Assembly (NCBI RefSeq): GCF_902652985.1 | Contig: NC_047020.1 | Location: forward strand, 47,182,001-47,246,000 | Length of the DNA stretch: 64,000 bases | DNA from: Pecten maximus | Taxonomy: Eukaryota | Reading direction: 5' to 3' | Part shown: piece by piece, positions 10,038 to 21,885 of the stretch | Numbering within the stretch: the first letter of the stretch is position 1 | Layout of the letters: each line of letters begins with the position of its first letter | Made by a program: the position numbers and the translations under genes | Notes under the pieces: generated by a model | What the model was told of the DNA's origin: nothing | Database searches by the model: none | What the model saw: only the letters and a program-made list of their open reading frames with translations

Positions 10038-13000
10038 ATGTCTACCGCTGAGAAAACATTAGATGAGCAGCTTACCACAGCTGATGAAAACCTGGACGAG
10101 GTTCCTACCCCAGAGAGACAGCGGAGAGTTAGGACCCTGACACCTAAAGCTGCAGAAAACTATGGTAAACAGGTAGAGAAGTATCAGACGCTTATCAGAT
10201 CAACCTGGCAAGATGTATATGGGTACATAAACAAAAGAACTGGTTCTTTTGAGGAAACCTTAGACGCTCTCAATGAGACTAAGAGGAATGTATGCCTGAT
10301 ATATGGGAAATATAGATTGGCATGTAGAGATTTCACCAGTTACCTACATGCAAATTACACAGATGAAAGTATTCGTCTCGTTTCGATCCACACTCACGAA
10401 GATGGCAAGTGTGATGAATTGGTTCAGAGCATCCTAAAGCAGTTGGACTCTAAACAAGAATTACTTGCAGAGAGGGTATCACAGCATTCAAGCAGTCACA
10501 GGTCTCACAGGTCTAAATCTAGTCGTACATCTAGTTCTAACTCCGAAGCATTGCGAGTTAGAGCTAAAGCTGAGAAGGCCAAGGCGGCTAAAGAGTTCAT
10601 GAAGAAAGAAGCCATGCTGCTTAAACAACAAGCTGTGTTGGCCGAACAGGAGGCAGTTTCCAAAGCTAAGTCACAAAGTCATCGACAGGAATTGGAAATA
10701 GACTTGAATATTGTGAAGGAGGAGAGAGAATGTGCAGAGGCTGAAACCGAAGCAGTTGTGTATGAAGAGTTAAGCTCCCAGGGAGATAGCAGTGAGTCTG
10801 AGAACTTTACCTTACCTAAACGAGTTGAAAGTGCTTATGAGCGTACTAGGAGTTATGTCAACACACATCAAAGTGCTGAAAGCACTGAAGGCACTGAGAG
10901 CACTGAGTTGATAGTGGAACCAACCAACAACCCAGTTACAGTCTCACTGCCTGTACCGGTAACTACGACCAAGGATGAAGTTGTACCTTCATTAGTAAAC
11001 TTCCTCATGCACAAGGAACTCGCATCCTCAAGACTTATGAATTTCAACGACAAATCCAATTCATACCTTAGCTGGAAAACTACATTTCAGTCAGTCATGA
11101 AAGAAGCCTCCATTACACCAGGTGAAGAACTTGATCTTCTTGTGAAATGGCTGGGTCCTGTGTCATCGACATATGCTTCAAGTATAAGGAGTAGTAATGG
11201 CAGCAATCCAGCTCTCGGCAAGAAACTTTTATGGGAACGCCTTGACGAAAGGTATGGCAGTGCTGAAGCAGTAGAGGCAGCTTTACAAACAAAATTAGAT
11301 AGTTTTCCTAAACTTATTGACAAGACCAAGATGTATGAACTTGCAGATGTTCTCACAGAAATCGAAGTATTGAAGGATGATCCTAAATATCACCAGATCT
11401 TGTCGCATTATGACTCTCCATTAGGTGTGAGGCCGGTATTGACAAAACTGCCGACACGTGTACAATCTAAGTGGACCGATCGAGCCTTTTCATACAAAAA
11501 CACGAGACATGTTGCCTTCCCTCCTTTCGTATTTTTTGTAACCTTTATAAAGGAAATGGCCCGACTGATGAATGATCCAAGTTTCGTGTTACAAAACGAA
11601 AAGTCGACCAGAGAAGATTCCAGGAATCCTGCGAGAACCAACGTCTACAGACCAATCACAGTGAAGAAAACGGAAGTTAATTCGGGAGAAAAGGAAGTTA
11701 ATGTCAAATTCTGTGCAGTTCATAACTCCACGACTCATTCCCTCAATGAGTGCAGAGAATTCAGAAGGAAACCTTTGGCGGAGAGGAAACTTTTGTTGAA
11801 AGAACATAAGATCTGTTTCAAATGTGGTGAGACTAACTCACACATGGCTAAAGAATGCAAGGCCATCATTAAATGTAAGCAATGTGGAAGCAAACAACAC
11901 CCTACTGGTTTACATCAAACTAATGAGAGTGAGCGTAAGGATTTTAGCCATTCAGAAATGATTCCTCATGGCGGGGAGCAAGTTCAAAGTGTAACAACGA
12001 AGTGTACTGCAGTATGTGGACAAGGAATCGGTGGCAGATCCTGTGCTAAAACTTTACTGGTAAATGTGTTTCCGGCTGAGCAACCAGAAAAGGCCATTAC
12101 AGTTTACGCAGTGATAGACGACCAAAGTAATAGGACACTGATTAGTCCAGAGCTTCTTGACCAACTAGGAGTGCAGGGCGAGGATTACTGCTACATTATT
12201 TCTTCATGTACCGGAACTGCTCAAGCTTCTGGACGCAAGGCTGACGGATTAGTCGTTAGTTCGATTGATGGATTTTCGAGTCACTTACTACCGAGTACTA
12301 TAGAATGTGATGATATACCACAAGACAGATCTGAGGCAGCTACTCCAGAGGTTGTTCTACATCATAGCCACTTAAAGGAACTGAAAGACCATATTCCTAA
12401 GTTCCGATCGGATTGTCACATAGGGCTTCTGATTGGAAGAGATTTACCCGAGGCACATCAAGTTCAAAGGCAGATAGTAGGACCTAGACGAGCGCCATTT
12501 GCACAGAAGTTGAGCTTAGGATGGGTAGTTATAGGGGAAGTTTGCTTAGGCAAAGTGCACCCTCCTAGTACTGTCAAGGTAATGAAAACTGCTATAATCA
12601 ACAGTAGGGGTTCTATATTCCAACCGTGTGACTTCAACCTGTATACTAAAGAGAGTTCGGAGAACGACCACATCTTTGTTAAAACGAAGGATGATGAGAA
12701 GGTCAGTCTGTCTGTTGAAGATCGTCAGTTCCTTGATGTAATGAATGAAGAGTGCCATAAAGATACAGAAGGATTTTGGACAGCACCTTTACCTTTTCGA
12801 TACCCAAAGTCTAGAATGCCCAACAACAGACCTGTTGCATGGAAGAGAGCTATGATCCTGGATGCGTCTCTCAAGAAGAACCCTACAAAGCGAGAGCATT
12901 TTGTATCCTTCATGCAAAAGGTCCTTGACTCTAAAGCAGCAGAGGTAGCCCCACCTACAACTGACGAGGTATGGTACTTGCCCATATTCGGGGTGTATCA

Positions 13001-13430
13001 TCCGAAGAAGCCCGATAAGATCAGGGGAGTATTCGATTCGTCTGCGACTTACGAAGGCATTTCTCTTAATGGAACTCTCCTGTCTGGACCTAACCTTACC
13101 AATAGTTTACTGTCAATTCTCCTTCGCTTTAGAAACGATTTGTATGCAGTGACTGCCGATGTGGAACAAATGTTTTACAGGTTTCTCGTGAAGAAAGAAC
13201 ACAGAGATTTCCTGCGTTTCCTATGGTACAGGAACAATGATCCTACTGAGGAACTAATAGAATATCGAATGCGAGCGCATGTATTCGGTAATAGCCCGTC
13301 ACCAGCTGTTGCCACCTACGCCCTACGTAAAGCGGTTGAGGATGCCGAGAAAGATGTCAAGGATCTAGTTAACCAGGATTTTTATGTCGACGACTGTCTG
13401 CTATCTCGTCCTACCGCACTGATGTCGTGA
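10038..13430 (+). CDS. BEL/Pao gag-pol N-terminal part, copy 2
   Basis: Protein identical to 2592-5984, including the same frameshift after YVDD. Confidence 0.93.
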   Translation: MSTAEKTLDEQLTTADENLDEVPTPERQRRVRTLTPKAAENYGKQVEKYQTLIRSTWQDVYGYINKRTGSFEETLDALNETKRNVCLIYGKYRLACRDFTSYLHANYTDESIRLVSIHTHEDGKCDELVQSILKQLDSKQELLAERVSQHSSSHRSHRSKSSRTSSSNSEALRVRAKAEKAKAAKEFMKKEAMLLKQQAVLAEQEAVSKAKSQSHRQELEIDLNIVKEERECAEAETEAVVYEELSSQGDSSESENFTLPKRVESAYERTRSYVNTHQSAESTEGTESTELIVEPTNNPVTVSLPVPVTTTKDEVVPSLVNFLMHKELASSRLMNFNDKSNSYLSWKTTFQSVMKEASITPGEELDLLVKWLGPVSSTYASSIRSSNGSNPALGKKLLWERLDERYGSAEAVEAALQTKLDSFPKLIDKTKMYELADVLTEIEVLKDDPKYHQILSHYDSPLGVRPVLTKLPTRVQSKWTDRAFSYKNTRHVAFPPFVFFVTFIKEMARLMNDPSFVLQNEKSTREDSRNPARTNVYRPITVKKTEVNSGEKEVNVKFCAVHNSTTHSLNECREFRRKPLAERKLLLKEHKICFKCGETNSHMAKECKAIIKCKQCGSKQHPTGLHQTNESERKDFSHSEMIPHGGEQVQSVTTKCTAVCGQGIGGRSCAKTLLVNVFPAEQPEKAITVYAVIDDQSNRTLISPELLDQLGVQGEDYCYIISSCTGTAQASGRKADGLVVSSIDGFSSHLLPSTIECDDIPQDRSEAATPEVVLHHSHLKELKDHIPKFRSDCHIGLLIGRDLPEAHQVQRQIVGPRRAPFAQKLSLGWVVIGEVCLGKVHPPSTVKVMKTAIINSRGSIFQPCDFNLYTKESSENDHIFVKTKDDEKVSLSVEDRQFLDVMNEECHKDTEGFWTAPLPFRYPKSRMPNNRPVAWKRAMILDASLKKNPTKREHFVSFMQKVLDSKAAEVAPPTTDEVWYLPIFGVYHPKKPDKIRGVFDSSATYEGISLNGTLLSGPNLTNSLLSILLRFRNDLYAVTADVEQMFYRFLVKKEHRDFLRFLWYRNNDPTEELIEYRMRAHVFGNSPSPAVATYALRKAVEDAEKDVKDLVNQDFYVDDCLLSRPTALMS

Positions 13431-15976
13431 AACGTACCCAGTTGGTGTTGAAGACTAACGGAAACATTCGTTTGCATAAAATAACCTCAAACAACCCTGA
13501 GGTGATGAACGCCTTTCATGAAGAAGATCAGTGTCAAACATTGAAATCTTTGAACTTTGACAAGGATGCACTGCCGGTACAGCACAGTTTGGGCATGTCC
13601 TGGGACCTAAACACAGACTCTTTCAAGTTCGATATCCAGGTCAATACTAAACCGGAAACCCGTCGGGGCATGCTCTCCACTTTAAACAGCATATTTGACC
13701 CGATCGGTTTCCTATCACCAATCACAATCCATGGTCGTATTCTCTTCAGGGAGATTGCTACTGGTACCGGATGGGATGAACCTATACCTACAGAGCAACT
13801 GGAAAAGTGGAATGTTTGGACAAGGTCTCTGGAACAACTGAAGGACATCTCCATTCAACGAATGTTCGTTCCTCTTTCCCTCAGCACATCGGACGGGGTA
13901 GAACTACATATCTACTCCGACGCCTCGGAGAAGGCGATTGCGACGGTGGCATATGTGGTTACTTTACACGATGGAATATACCATACTGGTTTTGCGGCAG
14001 GAAAGTCAAAGATAGCCCCAGTTAGAGGACACACTATACCTAGACTTGAGCTGTGCGCAGCCGTCATGGCAGTTGAACTTGCTGAATTTCTTTGCGAATC
14101 TCTCCATATATCTCTACAATCCGTGAGGTACTACAGTGACAGTAAGGTCGTTTTAGGGTATGTTAATAACAAGACACGCAGGTTCTACACATATGTTGCT
14201 AATCGCGTGGAAAGGATTTTGCGCAGCTGTCGAGCAGATCAGTGGTCATACGTCAATACTAGAGAAAATCCAGCTGATCTTGCTACTCGTTCTTCCACCA
14301 AGCCAGAGGATTTTGCAAACAGCAACTGGCTGCGAGGTCCTGAACAACTCTATAAAAACTTTGCTATAACACCAAGGGAGTTTCCATTAGTAGAGCCAGA
14401 TGATGACAAGGAGCTGCGACCGGAAGTCACAGTAGCTTCCCGTAAAACTGTTTTAGAAGAAAGCTTCATTGACCGCTTACAAGATTTGTCTAACTGGCGC
14501 AAACTAGTGAATGTCATAGTCCTGATTAAGAGAGCTGCTCGTCGCTTCAAGGGAAAACTTACCCCGGACTCTCCGACTGAGAGCACAACACATCTAATCA
14601 AGGAATCTACTGCTGTTATCATTAGACTTATTCAAGAGCATGCTTACCATGAAGAAGTTTTGTGTCTAAGGGAAGGAAAACATGTGCCCATGTCAAGTCA
14701 CATCAGGAATTTGGACCCTTATCTGGATGGTTCTGGTGTCTTGCGTGTAGGGGGACGTCTAGGAAAGAGCGATCTTCCTATCGAGGAAACTAATCCCATA
14801 GTTTTACCTAGTAAACATTGTCTCACAAAGCTTTTAGTCCAGCATCATCATAAAGCAGTATATCATCAAGGACGGCTTATCACGGAAGGTTCATTAAGAA
14901 ACAATGGTTACTGGATAGTAGGTGCTAAAAGGTTGATCACCAGTATCATTAGTAGCTGTGTTACGTGCCGGAAACTTCGAAGGCCCCTGGAACATCAAAA
15001 GATGTCTGATCTCCCTAAGGATCGACTTGTTCCAGGGCCTCCGTTCACCTCCGTAGGTGTTGATGCCTTCGGACCTTGGTCCGTAGTCACTAGGAAGACG
15101 CGAGGTGGATCAGCAAACTCGAAGCGGTGGGGAATGCTGTTCACGTGTCTGACGACACGTGCCATACACGTGGAGGTAACAGAAGAAATGTCTAGCTCAT
15201 CATTCATCAACGCTCTGCGACGGTTTGTTGCTATCAGAGGCAACGTGAAAGAAATACGTTCAGACTGTGGGACAAACTTTGTTGGAGCTGTGAACGAGTT
15301 ACACATTGACAGCGTTAATGTTGGAGATGGACCTACTGCCTCTTATCTCAATGATTCTGGCATCGTGTGGAAATTCAACGCTCCACATTCCTCCCACATG
15401 GGTGGAGTGTGGGAGCGAATGATTGGGGTAGTTAGGAGAATACTTGATTCTATGTTAATGGGTGCTGCAGGCAAAAGTCTAACGCATGAGATTTTGGTGA
15501 CATTCATGGCTGAGGTGTGCGCCATTGTCAACTCTCGACCAGTTGCCTCCATTTCGCATGATCCAAAATCCCCGGAAATCTTAAGCCCAGCTGTTCTTCT
15601 GAATCAGAAAGTGAATTACTATGACCCAGTTACAGCATTGAATTTCTCCGAAAGAGACATCTATAAGGGTCATTGGCGCAGAGTCCAGGCCCTCTCTGAA
15701 ATGTTCTGGAAGAAATGGCGCGAAGGTTACCTTCAAACCCTACAGCCACGTAGGAAGTGGCAGGATGATCAACGAGACCTCAAGGAAGGAGATATTGTGC
15801 TTCTCCGAGATAAATCACTACCGCGCAACGATTGGGCGTTAGGAATCATTCAAACTGTGTTTAAAAGTGAATGTGACAATAGGGTTCGCAAAGCTGAAGT
15901 TCGCGTCGCAAAGGACAACAGAGTGACTGTGTTAACGCGTCCGATAACAGAAATGGTTCTTCTTCTTGAAAAGTAG
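13427..15976 (+). CDS. pol: BEL/Pao pol C-terminal part, copy 2
   Basis: Protein identical to 5981-8530; one synonymous SNP seen (7378 G vs 14824 C). Confidence 0.93.
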   Translation: MKRTQLVLKTNGNIRLHKITSNNPEVMNAFHEEDQCQTLKSLNFDKDALPVQHSLGMSWDLNTDSFKFDIQVNTKPETRRGMLSTLNSIFDPIGFLSPITIHGRILFREIATGTGWDEPIPTEQLEKWNVWTRSLEQLKDISIQRMFVPLSLSTSDGVELHIYSDASEKAIATVAYVVTLHDGIYHTGFAAGKSKIAPVRGHTIPRLELCAAVMAVELAEFLCESLHISLQSVRYYSDSKVVLGYVNNKTRRFYTYVANRVERILRSCRADQWSYVNTRENPADLATRSSTKPEDFANSNWLRGPEQLYKNFAITPREFPLVEPDDDKELRPEVTVASRKTVLEESFIDRLQDLSNWRKLVNVIVLIKRAARRFKGKLTPDSPTESTTHLIKESTAVIIRLIQEHAYHEEVLCLREGKHVPMSSHIRNLDPYLDGSGVLRVGGRLGKSDLPIEETNPIVLPSKHCLTKLLVQHHHKAVYHQGRLITEGSLRNNGYWIVGAKRLITSIISSCVTCRKLRRPLEHQKMSDLPKDRLVPGPPFTSVGVDAFGPWSVVTRKTRGGSANSKRWGMLFTCLTTRAIHVEVTEEMSSSSFINALRRFVAIRGNVKEIRSDCGTNFVGAVNELHIDSVNVGDGPTASYLNDSGIVWKFNAPHSSHMGGVWERMIGVVRRILDSMLMGAAGKSLTHEILVTFMAEVCAIVNSRPVASISHDPKSPEILSPAVLLNQKVNYYDPVTALNFSERDIYKGHWRRVQALSEMFWKKWREGYLQTLQPRRKWQDDQRDLKEGDIVLLRDKSLPRNDWALGIIQTVFKSECDNRVRKAEVRVAKDNRVTVLTRPITEMVLLLEK

Positions 15977-16073
15977 ACTATGGACTCTGTAAATGAAGAA
16001 CTGTGTATTCTGGTTGTTTAACATTTATAATTTGTAGTAGAAAATAGTGATATTACTAATATCAGACGGGGAG

Positions 16074-17424
16074 TGTGCTGGACCAGCAGTAGGAATTACC
16101 TCCCTTGGTATAGCCTACGTCAGTACGTGATATTTAGTAGTTGTTTGTCATGAGTTATCCCCCGTAGTGTCGCTCTTCGTATTGCAGAAGAACGCCAGAA
16201 ATTATAAACACGTTTTACAGCGTTACAAGACCGCAGTGCATTTGTAAGTTTTTAGATATATTTTGCAATGTCAATATGGTATATATTGTTTGACAAATAT
16301 CACATAAGTAATGTGGATCGACGTTCGATTGTCAAATTTAGACATTAATTCAGTATTGTTCGGTTAAGCGATATGTTAGTATTTTTCGAAACAGTGCAAG
16401 TCATTTCGTCCCATTTTATATGTATGGCAAAACAGTGCCTCGCTGATTACATGGAGCCTTTTACTTGTGTAACTAAAATGTAAAATTAATGTGTAGCATT
16501 ACCTCCCATTGTTTGATTTACCATTAATTGTCATTTTATCGATAAATGCGTATTTTAAGTCTGTTAAGGAAAGTTACAGTCTCCTAGTCATATGATTACA
16601 GATGTCAGTATTTAGTGCTGCTGTGATTTATTTGTATACACTGTGTAGTTGTAGTTATATAATAATATAGTATGCCAGTTTGAGTTTATTACAATCTCCA
16701 CATACATATATCTTCATATATATCCAAGGGTAATAAGTACTTCCCTATGTTTGTAGATTACTATTGATATTAGTGTTGTAACTGCTCACAATGTATTTTA
16801 CTTAATTGTAGAGCACATGTGCAAGCCTATTTTTTGAAATGCCTTAAATCAGAAGTCAGGCTAGGTGTCACCACAGCGTAAGTTTATATATGCATGTACA
16901 AGTATAGATCTATTATAGTGTGCAGTACAGTACCTATATATTGTAATGATTCAATCTATAATTGTTAATCACATGTGTGAATAGTTAAATACTAAATTGT
17001 TATAGTGTTTATAATACTATCTATTAGAATGTTGTCTATGAGTTCGGTTCTCAGACATGATAATATGACCATTAACGATGAGGCTAATTGATATCAGAGT
17101 TAATATGTCAATAGTTATAGTAACAACAAAGTCTTTGATTGTACAATGTACCTTTAATTTTCAAGTAATTATATTGTTGATTTGTCAATATTATGATACT
17201 AGTATTCAGTATTCTAGTCAACAATGTTAGCTATATAGGAAAAACAGTATGTTTAGTATGAAATAGAATATTTGTCACTATGTTAGGACTCATAAGAGTA
17301 TTTTGTTTCACATTTCAGTTCTTACGGTGTTAACTATGGTTTTAACTATAGTGTTATGTTGAATAAACAAGTTTGACGTCCGTTATCTGTCTGTCATCAT
17401 TCAGCAAGAGTGAGTGGCGGATCA
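16074..17424 (+). repeat. BEL LTR copy 3
   Basis: Third 1351-bp copy, followed by TSD GGGAG. Confidence 0.95.
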
Positions 17425-17429
17425 GGGAG

Positions 17430-18259
17430 GACTTATCCATATTCCAGGAGAAGTCAATGGCCGTGATATCTGCTTTGTAAAAGACACTGGGTCAGCTATA
17501 ACCTTGATTCGGGAAGACCTAGTGGACCCCAGTTGTGTATTGAAGGGTCAGCGAGAGACTCTGTGTACAGCGACTGGACAGCCGTTTTCAGCCAAGTTGG
17601 CTATAGTTGATATGGACACGCCATATTACAAGGGACATGCACAGGTCGGATTAGTGCCTGATCTTGTCCCTGAAGCGCTGTTGGGGGTAGACATCATAGA
17701 GAGACAGTCTAAGTCTGTTAATGTTATTACGCGTGCTTAACACCGTAGTAACATTGCTGCTGATAAGGTAGCTGTGGTCAAGGAAAATGAGTGTGGTGTT
17801 AAAGTTGGACTGGACCTTGATGTGGACATTGAGGAGGACCATGTGGATGTCGGTGATGAGAGTGATGATGGACAGGTTAGTGATCATGAAGCTGACCTGG
17901 ACAATGGCGATGATGTTGGTGTGGACACTGACAACATGAGTGAGACTGTATCTGCCAATGAGGAAGATGCAGATAGCGTCACTATGGATACCGAGCCACT
18001 TGAACTTTCTGCAGTGAATGCGGAAGTGCTTAGTAAGCTTCAACAGAAAGATCCAACTCTAGCTAACATTCGTAGAAAAGCAGCAAAGTCTGTAGAAGTT
18101 GTACAGGACGACAGTAATGCCCTGTACTGGGAGAATCGTATTCTCAGAAGGAAATGGGAGTCCAGAGATGGAATTCATCGTGGAATTCAGGTAGTGCTAC
18201 CTGAGGCACTACGTCTCAATGTGATTAAATTGGGACATGGGGCATGGGGACGGAAAAGA
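17430..18259 (+). pseudogene. pol: Continuation of the host Gypsy polyprotein: aspartic protease, acidic linker, integrase N-terminal zinc-binding region
   Basis: 'GEVNGRDICFVKDTGSAITLI...LLGVD' protease; in-frame TAA at 17738 after 'VITRA'; then 'LQQKDPTLANI...LYWENRILRRKW...QVVLPEALRLNVIKLGH', the typical lead-in to the integrase HHCC domain. Runs into the gap. Confidence 0.85.
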
Positions 18260-18759
18260 NNNNNNNNNNNNNNNNNNNNNNNNNNNNNNNNNNNNNNNNN
18301 NNNNNNNNNNNNNNNNNNNNNNNNNNNNNNNNNNNNNNNNNNNNNNNNNNNNNNNNNNNNNNNNNNNNNNNNNNNNNNNNNNNNNNNNNNNNNNNNNNNN
18401 NNNNNNNNNNNNNNNNNNNNNNNNNNNNNNNNNNNNNNNNNNNNNNNNNNNNNNNNNNNNNNNNNNNNNNNNNNNNNNNNNNNNNNNNNNNNNNNNNNNN
18501 NNNNNNNNNNNNNNNNNNNNNNNNNNNNNNNNNNNNNNNNNNNNNNNNNNNNNNNNNNNNNNNNNNNNNNNNNNNNNNNNNNNNNNNNNNNNNNNNNNNN
18601 NNNNNNNNNNNNNNNNNNNNNNNNNNNNNNNNNNNNNNNNNNNNNNNNNNNNNNNNNNNNNNNNNNNNNNNNNNNNNNNNNNNNNNNNNNNNNNNNNNNN
18701 NNNNNNNNNNNNNNNNNNNNNNNNNNNNNNNNNNNNNNNNNNNNNNNNNNNNNNNNNNN
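18260..18759. other. Assembly gap (500 N)
   Basis: Run of N; contiguity across the gap is not established. Confidence 1.
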
Positions 18760-21068
18760 GAGAACATATCAACTTAAATTTTGATGATGTCAGTCTTGAT
18801 GCCCGTAAACTGTGCCATGATGAAGAGTTGGACTGGTCACGTGTGTTGCTCTCAATATCGCTTGCCTGATCTGTTGTTACCTGCATTCCATTAAAAACAT
18901 CCATTTGACCTTTACTTAGAGAAATGTGGGTTTTCCGTAATAATGCATCACTGATTAAAGATGGTCGTGGTGGTGCGGAAAGATCATTGATGATGTCACC
19001 AGAACTAGAATTTGTACATTTCTGTTGGTATGAAAGAACACTTCCAATTGGAACTTCCCCAAACTTACATACTGTCGAGGACACATTGTCAACATCAACA
19101 TCACTCAATAATTTTAAGTATTGCGAGTCACTACCTGCCTGCAAAAGGTTTTCACAAAGTCTTTTGGTGAAGTCATTATACGGAATAGGATTGACAGGAC
19201 AATACACAGTACTTTGAACACAATCAATTTTCCTTTTCAGTTTTGGTGTTTTGTCTTTAGGTGGCTCTATTTTCCTTATTTCTACTTCCTCAACAGGCCT
19301 AGTTTTTATACCGTCTAATCTAGATGGCAAATGCAGTGATGTTTTGGATTTGTAGTCTGGGATGATTTTCAAATCTAACTTTTGAAAATGAGCTATGGTG
19401 TAAAGAAGCCCTACAAGATGGCTACACTCAGCACGTCCTGCCTTGCATGTGCATTTTGCATGCTTTACATTGAAGGGGGATGTCAACTCTACCTAAAATA
19501 AGAATTGTATTCATTTATATACACAGGAACAAAACAGTGATATGCAAATGCAGCAAAAAATGTGTTTCTCACTTTCTGGCTAAATATGAATGTAAAAATG
19601 ATATATTCTTAAGCACAAACTTTTGTCATGTACTATCTTTATCTAAGTTAAATATATTTTCTTGACCATTAATGAAAAGAAACACAGGTTTTTCTGCACT
19701 TTTTTTCAAACATTTTTGTACTCAGTAAATTGACTGTAATCAAGCCATAAATTGTAGATGTTTAACAGAATGTATTGTAATATATTCAATGAACATTAAA
19801 CAATGATTTCAATCAATTTTGCTGATACAATTGAATGGAATGCTGAATCTAAAAAAAGTGTTTCCTGTTTTTTGCAATATTTAGTGATTTGTATTGATGT
19901 CCAATCTTGGTCATCATTCAACAAAATAATTTGAAACAGGAAATATACCTTTTTAATCCAAGCTGGTAAGAAAAAAACTGTAAAATACTTCCTTCATTCA
20001 ATATTGTTACTTTTATTTCATCCTTGATATGTGTATACATATACTGGTTCAGGTTCCTTTATAAAATGTGGTCACATATTTGGACATCAATATACAATAT
20101 ATATATATATATACATGTATATACATGTGACCATTTTAACATGCTATATTGTAAAGCAATATAATCATTTCTTGAAATCCTCCTTTTAGTGTTGACCTGA
20201 TATCTCTGATAATTTTCTAGACTATGTATATACATTTTTACAAAGCTATATATTGGTTTGAAACATAATGCAGAAAAATATAAAAGAAAATCATTGGACT
20301 TGAAAGGAAAATCAAGCCATATTATTCAGTACGAAGGTGTTGCAATACAGAAGGAAAAAATAATTTATACTCATCATAAATAAAACTGATTAACACTAAA
20401 ACAACAACTCATGCGGTGATGTTGATCACTGTAATACAGAAGGAAAACAAACACTGAAAACTATAACTGTGTTCTTACTTTTAACTTGTAGGCCTCAATG
20501 TTTTTTCTCATTGAGGGAAAACATTTTCCTCGCAGGAAACATGACCCATCTGTGCTCGTTTTAACTGGAAAAGTCGGTCTAAATTCCATTACAAGAATAA
20601 TCAATTTTCGGACATTTCAAAATGTAGTTGAAATAGTTGACCCGCGACTGGCTGTACACATACAGTATAACAGTTAAATAACACATAAACATGTGCGAGA
20701 TGATTTGATTTAGTATACAAATATGTATAAACAGTATATTTCCACGAGCAAGATCCAAGATCAATGATCAAGGAAGTACGACCTACGATTTTCGAGTATT
20801 GGGCGACCGGTAATATCGTGAATGAACGATCGTGATTTGACAATGTTTACAAGTCAAAGAGAAAGTAGACCTACTGTGGTGTACACATGTACACGTGCTA
20901 ACCTTCAATGTCATGGATATAGTTTTCCGCAAAGTTGCTATATCCTCTTTTTTGTTGTGATCTTGGTATCATGGCAAGACCATTCGCCCACTTCTCTATG
21001 CCAGACTGATTCAAAACCGGAACGTTTTTTATATATTTAGACCAGGCGCTATGGCCTGGGTCTAGCAT
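18760..21068 (-). CDS. Spliced SWIM zinc finger + YqaJ/lambda-exonuclease-like protein (ISL2EU/Harbinger-type transposon ORF2); 3' end lost in the gap
   Basis: Exons 21068-20903, 20564-20479 and 19492-<18760 join in phase across GT-AG introns: MLDPGHSAWSK...KRGYSNFAENYIHDIE|VKTSTDGSCFLRGKCFPSMRKNIEAYKLK|VELTSPFNVKHAKCTCKAGRAECSHLVGLLY (SWIM) ... TRDQSNSSSWHSLRASRLTSSKF (YqaJ N-terminal motif). Confidence 0.8.
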
Positions 21069-21199
21069 GGCTGCTATTTTGCGCCCTCAGCCTCGTTCTG
21101 AATTCAATATGGCCGACGCGCGAGAAAGGAGTATTGTGCTCTTTCACTATTTCAGAATTGCCCACAGTCGAGGATATTCTTCATGGAGAAGATGGGGTT

Positions 21200-21300
21200 G
21201 ATGAAGAAGGTACCCTTGTCCAATAGACGACAGGAATCTGATGAAGAAGGTACCCTGTCCTATAGACGACAGGAATCTGATGAAGAAGGTACCCTGTCCA
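21200..21300 (+). repeat. 39-bp tandem repeat (~2.6 copies) in a coding-like relic
   Basis: GATGAAGAAGGTACCCTGTCC(T/A)ATAGACGACAGGAATCT at 21200, 21240 and 21279; reads RRQESDEEGTLS. Confidence 0.85.
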
Positions 21301-21885
21301 AGAGAGTCATTTCTGATATGCAAGATGAGGATTTTCTGTCAATATCATGTTGTCTGGCACTTTTGTTCAATTCTTTGAATGATGAAGTTATTTTTCCATG
21401 CTCCCATCTTTCATAATTTTGTTTCTCAGAGACCCATTCTACCTATATTAACGAGCATTACAGACTCTCCCCACACATACTTTATGAACTATTAGAGTCT
21501 TTTCTTCCCATGCAGATGTTTCTTGAATACACCAAATCAAACAGCATCATCTCTATTACACATGAACTGGTCATTCAGAATTGCATTATGCATTATGTGT
21601 GTTGACAATTTTTTATAGATAACTATAGCACATATTTCACTTTTTAAAGGTTTGGATGGATCTTCAAGCATTGTGCAGAGTGAACCGCATAAAAGAAGTA
21701 CAGGTAATTTTCTCTAGCAACAAAAATTGTTTGATGATTTTATATATCCTGATTGGTCATCAGAGGGCACATGGTCTGTTGCAACATGCATACCGTATGT
21801 CTGTATATGTAGATTGTGTTCATTACTCAAGATTTTCCATAATAGGCAACATAAGGCCAATTTGACTGCGCGCCTACTATATAAT

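Larger units (their letters stand above)
1182..17424 (+). mobile_element. BEL/Pao LTR retrotransposon, tandem dimer LTR-int-LTR-int-LTR
   Basis: Three 1351-bp TG...CA LTRs at an exact 7446-bp period, two near-identical internal regions, and a single 5-bp TSD GGGAG at 1177-1181 and 17425-17429. Confidence 0.97.

Noticed and set aside
3422-15552. Many 60-106 aa ORFs antisense or out of frame within the BEL internal regions
   Set aside because: Shadows of the long gag-pol frames with no motifs; duplicated only because the element is duplicated.
18209-18869. ORFs spanning the N run
   Set aside because: Artefacts of translating N; the two sides belong to different elements.
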